From contig JBJOKS010000006.1 of the NCBI GenBank assembly GCA_046045965.1, positions 64,001 through 128,000 on the forward strand: 64,000 nucleotides of DNA, written 5' to 3'. Position 1 is the first letter of the stretch. Every line of letters starts with the position of its first letter. The position numbers were made by a program, and so were the translations under genes. The stretch comes from Cyanobacteriota bacterium (GTDB taxonomy: Bacteria > Cyanobacteriota > Cyanobacteriia > Cyanobacteriales > Nostocaceae). Below the pieces are notes generated by a model. That model was not told the origin of the DNA and searched no databases. It saw only the letters and a program-made list of their open reading frames with translations. Of the stretch, positions 60,339 through 64,000 are shown in pieces.

Positions 60339-60411
60339 TGGAGGTTAGCGGACTCGAACCGCTGACATCCTGCTTGCAAAGCAGGCGCTCTACCAACTGA
60401 GCTAAACCCCC
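60339..60411 (-). tRNA. trnA: tRNA-Ala(UGC)
   Basis: GGGGGTTTAGCTCAGTTGGTAGAGCGCCTGCTTTGCAAGCAGGATGTCAGCGGTTCGAGTCCGCTAACCTCCA. 73 nt, G3:U70 pair, CCA not encoded. Confidence 0.97.
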
Positions 60412-60477
60412 GTTTTTCAAGTCAAAATCAAAGAAGTTCGTTTTTTCAGAAACGGGTTAAGTTTAAACTTAAACTAA

Positions 60478-60506
60478 ATAATATCCTATTATTCTTTTTT
60501 TGTAAA
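60478..60506 (-). promoter_or_regulatory. Sigma70-type promoter for tRNA-Ala
   Basis: TTTACA-N17-TATTAT on the minus strand. Confidence 0.6.
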
Positions 60507-60509
60507 CAG

Positions 60510-61415
60510 ATGAACCAAGAAAATAACCAAGAAAATATTATAGTTGTAGCTGCGTTGTATAAATTCGTCAGCTTACCCGATTATCAAGAACTGCAAGCAC
60601 CGCTGTTATTATTTTGTCAGCAACAAGACATCAAAGGGACAATTTTACTAGCAAAAGAAGGCGTTAACGGAACTATTGCAGGTTCTCGTTCAGCGATAGA
60701 TGCGGTTTTAGGGTTTCTGCGTAGTGATACTCGGTTAGCAGACTTAGAACATAAAGAATCTTACACAGAAACACCGCCTTTTGAAAAGATGAAAGTGCGG
60801 TTAAAACGAGAAATTGTCACATTGGGAATACCGGAAGTTGACCCAAATGAACAGGTGGGAAATTACGTTAGTCCAAAGGAATGGAATGATTTAATTTCCG
60901 ATCCAGAGGTGACAGTCATTGATACCCGGAATGATTATGAGGTAAGTATAGGAACTTTCAAAAGAGCAGAAAATCCCCAAACGCAGATTTTCCGAGAATT
61001 TCCTGAATACGTGAGTAAAAATCTAGACCCAAATAAACATAAAAAAGTTGCTTTATTCTGTACAGGTGGGATTAGATGCGAAAAAGCCTCATCCTATATG
61101 TTATCACAAGGCTTTGAAGAAGTTTATCATCTCAAAGGCGGTATTCTTAAATATTTAGAAGAAGTCCCCAAAGAAGAAAGTTTGTGGGAAGGGGAATGTT
61201 TTGTATTTGATGAACGGGTTGCAGTGCGTCACGGGTTGGAAGAAGGCAGTCATGAGTTATGCTTTTGTTGCGGTCATCCCATTGCTGAGGCAGATAAAAC
61301 TTCACCTAAGTATGAAGAAGGTATTTCCTGTCCCCACTGTTTTGATAGTTTAACGGAAGAGAAAAAAGCGAGACAACAGGAGAAGTGGAAGCAATATAAG
61401 TTACAGAATTTTTAA
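60510..61415 (+). CDS. trhO: Rhodanese-domain tRNA uridine(34) hydroxylase TrhO (YceA/UPF0176)
   Basis: [48 protein letters not shown] and CFVFDER. Confidence 0.88.
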   Translation: MNQENNQENIIVVAALYKFVSLPDYQELQAPLLLFCQQQDIKGTILLAKEGVNGTIAGSRSAIDAVLGFLRSDTRLADLEHKESYTETPPFEKMKVRLKREIVTLGIPEVDPNEQVGNYVSPKEWNDLISDPEVTVIDTRNDYEVSIGTFKRAENPQTQIFREFPEYVSKNLDPNKHKKVALFCTGGIRCEKASSYMLSQGFEEVYHLKGGILKYLEEVPKEESLWEGECFVFDERVAVRHGLEEGSHELCFCCGHPIAEADKTSPKYEEGISCPHCFDSLTEEKKARQQEKWKQYKLQNF

Positions 61416-61682
61416 AGCTCACGCAGAGTAGCAGAGAGATAAAACCTCTTTTCTCTGTGTCCTCTGTGTCTCTGTGGTTTGTTACTCATAAATTTTTTAA
61501 ATCTCAAAAATCCAAAAATTTTTCAACTCCCTTTTTTTCGCAATAATCACCCTCTATTCTCAAGATTATTGAGAACATTATCAATAATTTGACGAGAATA
61601 GGTTTTTTCAGCCATTGATATTGACATACTCTTTTTTTCTGGTATCATCTATGTATGATCCAAGGGAGTCATATATCAAGCT

Positions 61683-62369
61683 TCAGTTACTCTTGGATGC
61701 AAGTATTTTGTCAGATAACATAATTTTTGTTCCGTTCACTGCAATTTTTCCTTCTTGAGTGAGTTTGTAAAAAGCGCGAGAAAGGGTTTCAGGAACAGTA
61801 CCTAATAAAGCTGCTAGTTGGGTTTTGGGTAAATCTAATTCGACAACGTTAATATTACCGTTTTTCTGACTTAATTTTAATAAGTAATTGGTTAATCTTT
61901 CTGGGACTTCCTGAAAAGAAAGAGCGTTAACCAGGTGAGTTAAATGTCTCAGATGTCGTGCAAAAGTTCCCAACATTGATATTGCTAAAGTTGGATGTTG
62001 TTGTAAAACCATGAAAAATGAAGTTCTGGGAATAAACACAACTTCAGAAATTTCTATTGCTGCTGCGGATGCGGGGAAGTTTCCACCATCAAAAGCGGGA
62101 ACTTCTGCAAAATATTCTGAGGTTTCAAAGATGTGTAATATTTGTTCTTTACCGTTATTTGCTACTTTAAATACTTTGATTTTACCAGATTTAACAATAA
62201 AAAATCCCGTTGCTGTGTCCCCTTCCCAAAATAGGGTTTCGTTTTTTTTGTAAGTTTGGAGAATGGAAATATTCGCAACTGCTTGGAGTTGTTCGTCAAT
62301 GATGTTTTGAAATATTGGTGTTGTGTGGAGGAAGTTTTTAACTTCTAGGACTTTTTCGGTGAGAGTCAT
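61683..62369 (-). CDS. Crp/Fnr-family regulator, HcpR/DNR-like
   Basis: cNMP-fold barrel and HTH LGTVPETLSR, no Fnr Cys cluster, close to hcp. Confidence 0.88.
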   Translation of the reverse strand: MTLTEKVLEVKNFLHTTPIFQNIIDEQLQAVANISILQTYKKNETLFWEGDTATGFFIVKSGKIKVFKVANNGKEQILHIFETSEYFAEVPAFDGGNFPASAAAIEISEVVFIPRTSFFMVLQQHPTLAISMLGTFARHLRHLTHLVNALSFQEVPERLTNYLLKLSQKNGNINVVELDLPKTQLAALLGTVPETLSRAFYKLTQEGKIAVNGTKIMLSDKILASKSN

Positions 62370-62490
62370 GGGGATGATGTCTGATTCAGGATATCCAGGA
62401 TTTAAGGATGTACAGGATGAAATAGGGATTTAATATCTAAGAATATCTAAGTTTTGTGAAAGCACAAGTAGGGGAAATTAACAAAAAAAT

Positions 62491-62817
62491 TCAGGAGGAA
62501 ATAACTTTTGTTTGCACATTGATATCAACATTTAGCTTTTTCCTTAAAACATTAAAAATTGCAGTTAGATTATCCATTGTTGGATTACCTTTTGCAGATA
62601 ACATTCGATGAAGACTCTTACTTGGTTTAGAAGTTTCAATTGCTAACTGTTCAAAACCTACTGTTGCATTAACAATGTCTCTTAAAATAAGTCTTGCTGT
62701 TTCCGGTTCACCGTTGAGGAAAAGAGATATAGCTTCATCAAATAAAGCTATGACAAACTCAGGATCTTTTTGGAATCTTGCATTAACAGTTTCTTGAAAG
62801 TCTCTAGTAAGTGTCAT
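62491..62817 (-). CDS. Addiction module antidote (HigA-like HTH)
   Basis: GFEQLAIET...SLHRMLSAKGNPTMDNL. Confidence 0.85.
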   Translation of the reverse strand: MTLTRDFQETVNARFQKDPEFVIALFDEAISLFLNGEPETARLILRDIVNATVGFEQLAIETSKPSKSLHRMLSAKGNPTMDNLTAIFNVLRKKLNVDINVQTKVISS

Positions 62818-62822
62818 AGTAA

Positions 62823-63194
62823 CTACCTCTTATATCCTGTCTCGTTTTCAGCGTCTTGCGTTTTCCTAACTTCTTTTTTTCGTCTTTTGTACTCTTGGTA
62901 TAATTCCTTAGCACGATTAATATCAGATTGCTGATTTTTCTTTGTCCCTCCACCAAATAATATTATCAGTTGCTTACCATCCTGAGCTAAATAAATCCGA
63001 TATCCTGGACCCCAATCAATCCTATATTCACCTATGCCATCAAACCATTTAACATTTGATGTATTTCCTAACTGCAAACGAGACTTAGCAACTGTTACTT
63101 TTGCAGCAGCTTTGGCATCTAAGCTATCAAACCATTCTTGGTAAGGGCTTGAACCATCTTCTTGAATATATTCTTGAACTTTGATAATAGACAT
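62823..63194 (-). CDS. RelE/ParE (HigB-like) addiction module toxin
   Basis: [26 protein letters not shown] and [12 protein letters not shown]. Confidence 0.9.
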   Translation of the reverse strand: MSIIKVQEYIQEDGSSPYQEWFDSLDAKAAAKVTVAKSRLQLGNTSNVKWFDGIGEYRIDWGPGYRIYLAQDGKQLIILFGGGTKKNQQSDINRAKELYQEYKRRKKEVRKTQDAENETGYKR

Positions 63195-63203
63195 AAAATC
63201 ATG

Positions 63204-63219
63204 GTAACTTATGTGTTAC
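63204..63219. promoter_or_regulatory. Palindrome GTAAC-N6-GTTAC, likely TA operator
   Basis: Lies 9 nt upstream of the toxin start codon. Confidence 0.55.
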
Positions 63220-63328
63220 TATAATTCAAGTGGTTCTAGTGTAAATAAATTTAATGACAAATTAATTACAAATCAATAAATTTTAATAAATATGTACTAA
63301 AAAACTTTACCAAACTTTACCAATACAC

Positions 63329-63342
63329 TTGACTTAAATCAA
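63329..63342 (+). promoter_or_regulatory. FNR/DNR/HcpR-type box upstream of hcp
   Basis: TTGAC-TTAA-ATCAA against consensus TTGAT-N4-ATCAA. TAAACT at 63365-63370 gives class II (-41.5) spacing. Confidence 0.75.
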
Positions 63343-63398
63343 GGATATCCCCAATCGCAATGACTAAACTGTAAGCATCAAGAGTTGAGGAACGAATT

Positions 63399-64000
63399 AT
63401 GTTCTGTAACCAATGTGAACAAACCACCCGTGGAGATGTCTGTCATCAGTGGGGTGCGTGTGGTAAAAGTCCCGAAGTTGACGCTTTACAAGATTTATTA
63501 GTACATTGTTTACGCGGACTTTCCCAAATAGCATTACAAGCAAAATCTTTAGGTATTAATACTCGTGACACCGATGAATTTACCTGTGAAATGCTATTTT
63601 CCACATTAACCAATGTGAATTTTACCACTGCTGATTTTATGGCTTTTGTGAATCGTGCGATCGCACTTCGTGAAAGTCTCAAGTTAAAAATTCAAGCATT
63701 AGGTAATAAAGTTGTAGAATCAACAATTAATACTTTTCAACCTGCCAGTAGTTTAGCAGCACAAGTTCAACAAGGTAAAGATTTAGAATTTGAATTTATC
63801 AGTCAATCAGCGAAGAATGTTGATATTTTCTCTCTCAAACTTACCATATTATATGGTTTAAAAGGTGTTGCTGCTTACGCTTTCCATGCCTTAGAATTAA
63901 ATCAGCATGATGAAGGTTTATATACATTCTGCCATGAAGTTTTAGCTAATTTAGATGACCAAGATAAAACTTTACAAGATTGGTTGAATTTAGCTTTAAA
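63399..64000 (+). CDS. hcp: Hybrid cluster protein (hydroxylamine reductase), 5' part; runs off the window
   Basis: MFCNQCEQTTRGDVCHQWGACGKSPEVDALQDLL with the Cx2Cx8Cx5C Fe-S motif, plus FSTLTNVNF and YGLKGVAAY. Confidence 0.95.
   Translation, partial: MFCNQCEQTTRGDVCHQWGACGKSPEVDALQDLLVHCLRGLSQIALQAKSLGINTRDTDEFTCEMLFSTLTNVNFTTADFMAFVNRAIALRESLKLKIQALGNKVVESTINTFQPASSLAAQVQQGKDLEFEFISQSAKNVDIFSLKLTILYGLKGVAAYAFHALELNQHDEGLYTFCHEVLANLDDQDKTLQDWLNLAL

Noticed and set aside
60339..60411. tRNA-Ala as part of an rRNA operon or as an integration site
   Set aside because: No rRNA or tRNA-Ile adjacent, no integrase, and no duplicated tRNA 3' end seen in the window.
63446..63682. 78-aa minus-strand ORF
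   Set aside because: Antisense to hcp, which is the real gene here.

Overview
Chromosomal window from a filamentous Nostocales-type cyanobacterium, inferred from frequent HIP1 GCGATCGC octamers, 7-bp STRR repeats, psbB/psbT/psbQ and a complete hmp hormogonium motility locus. Core genes are psbQ, hemJ, prolyl oligopeptidase, hmpA-E plus hmpF, tilS, ccsA/ccsB, chorismate lyase, peptide ABC genes, psbB-psbT, rps1, leuCD, a stand-alone tRNA-Ala(UGC), trhO, a Crp/Fnr regulator and the start of hcp. Accessory DNA includes two similarly built toxin-antitoxin/defence islets (646-3891 and 16344-20328). Each has an XRE-ImmA/IrrE gene followed by a PIN gene, an antitoxin-VapC pair and an Rpn-like pseudogene whose C-terminal part is still open. 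There is also a PPIase plus type I secretion ABC pair without HlyD, three paralogous small membrane proteins, three MITEs, several sRNA candidates and a RelE/HigA-like pair lying between the Crp/Fnr gene and hcp. The best candidate for an undescribed system is the AT-rich islet at 36649-40272 between tilS and ccsA. It holds an HTH-NB-ARC protein without a sensor domain, an HTH-TPR protein, two small peptide ORFs with the same repeat-based upstream architecture, and a putative structured RNA. All calls were made by eye, without database searches.
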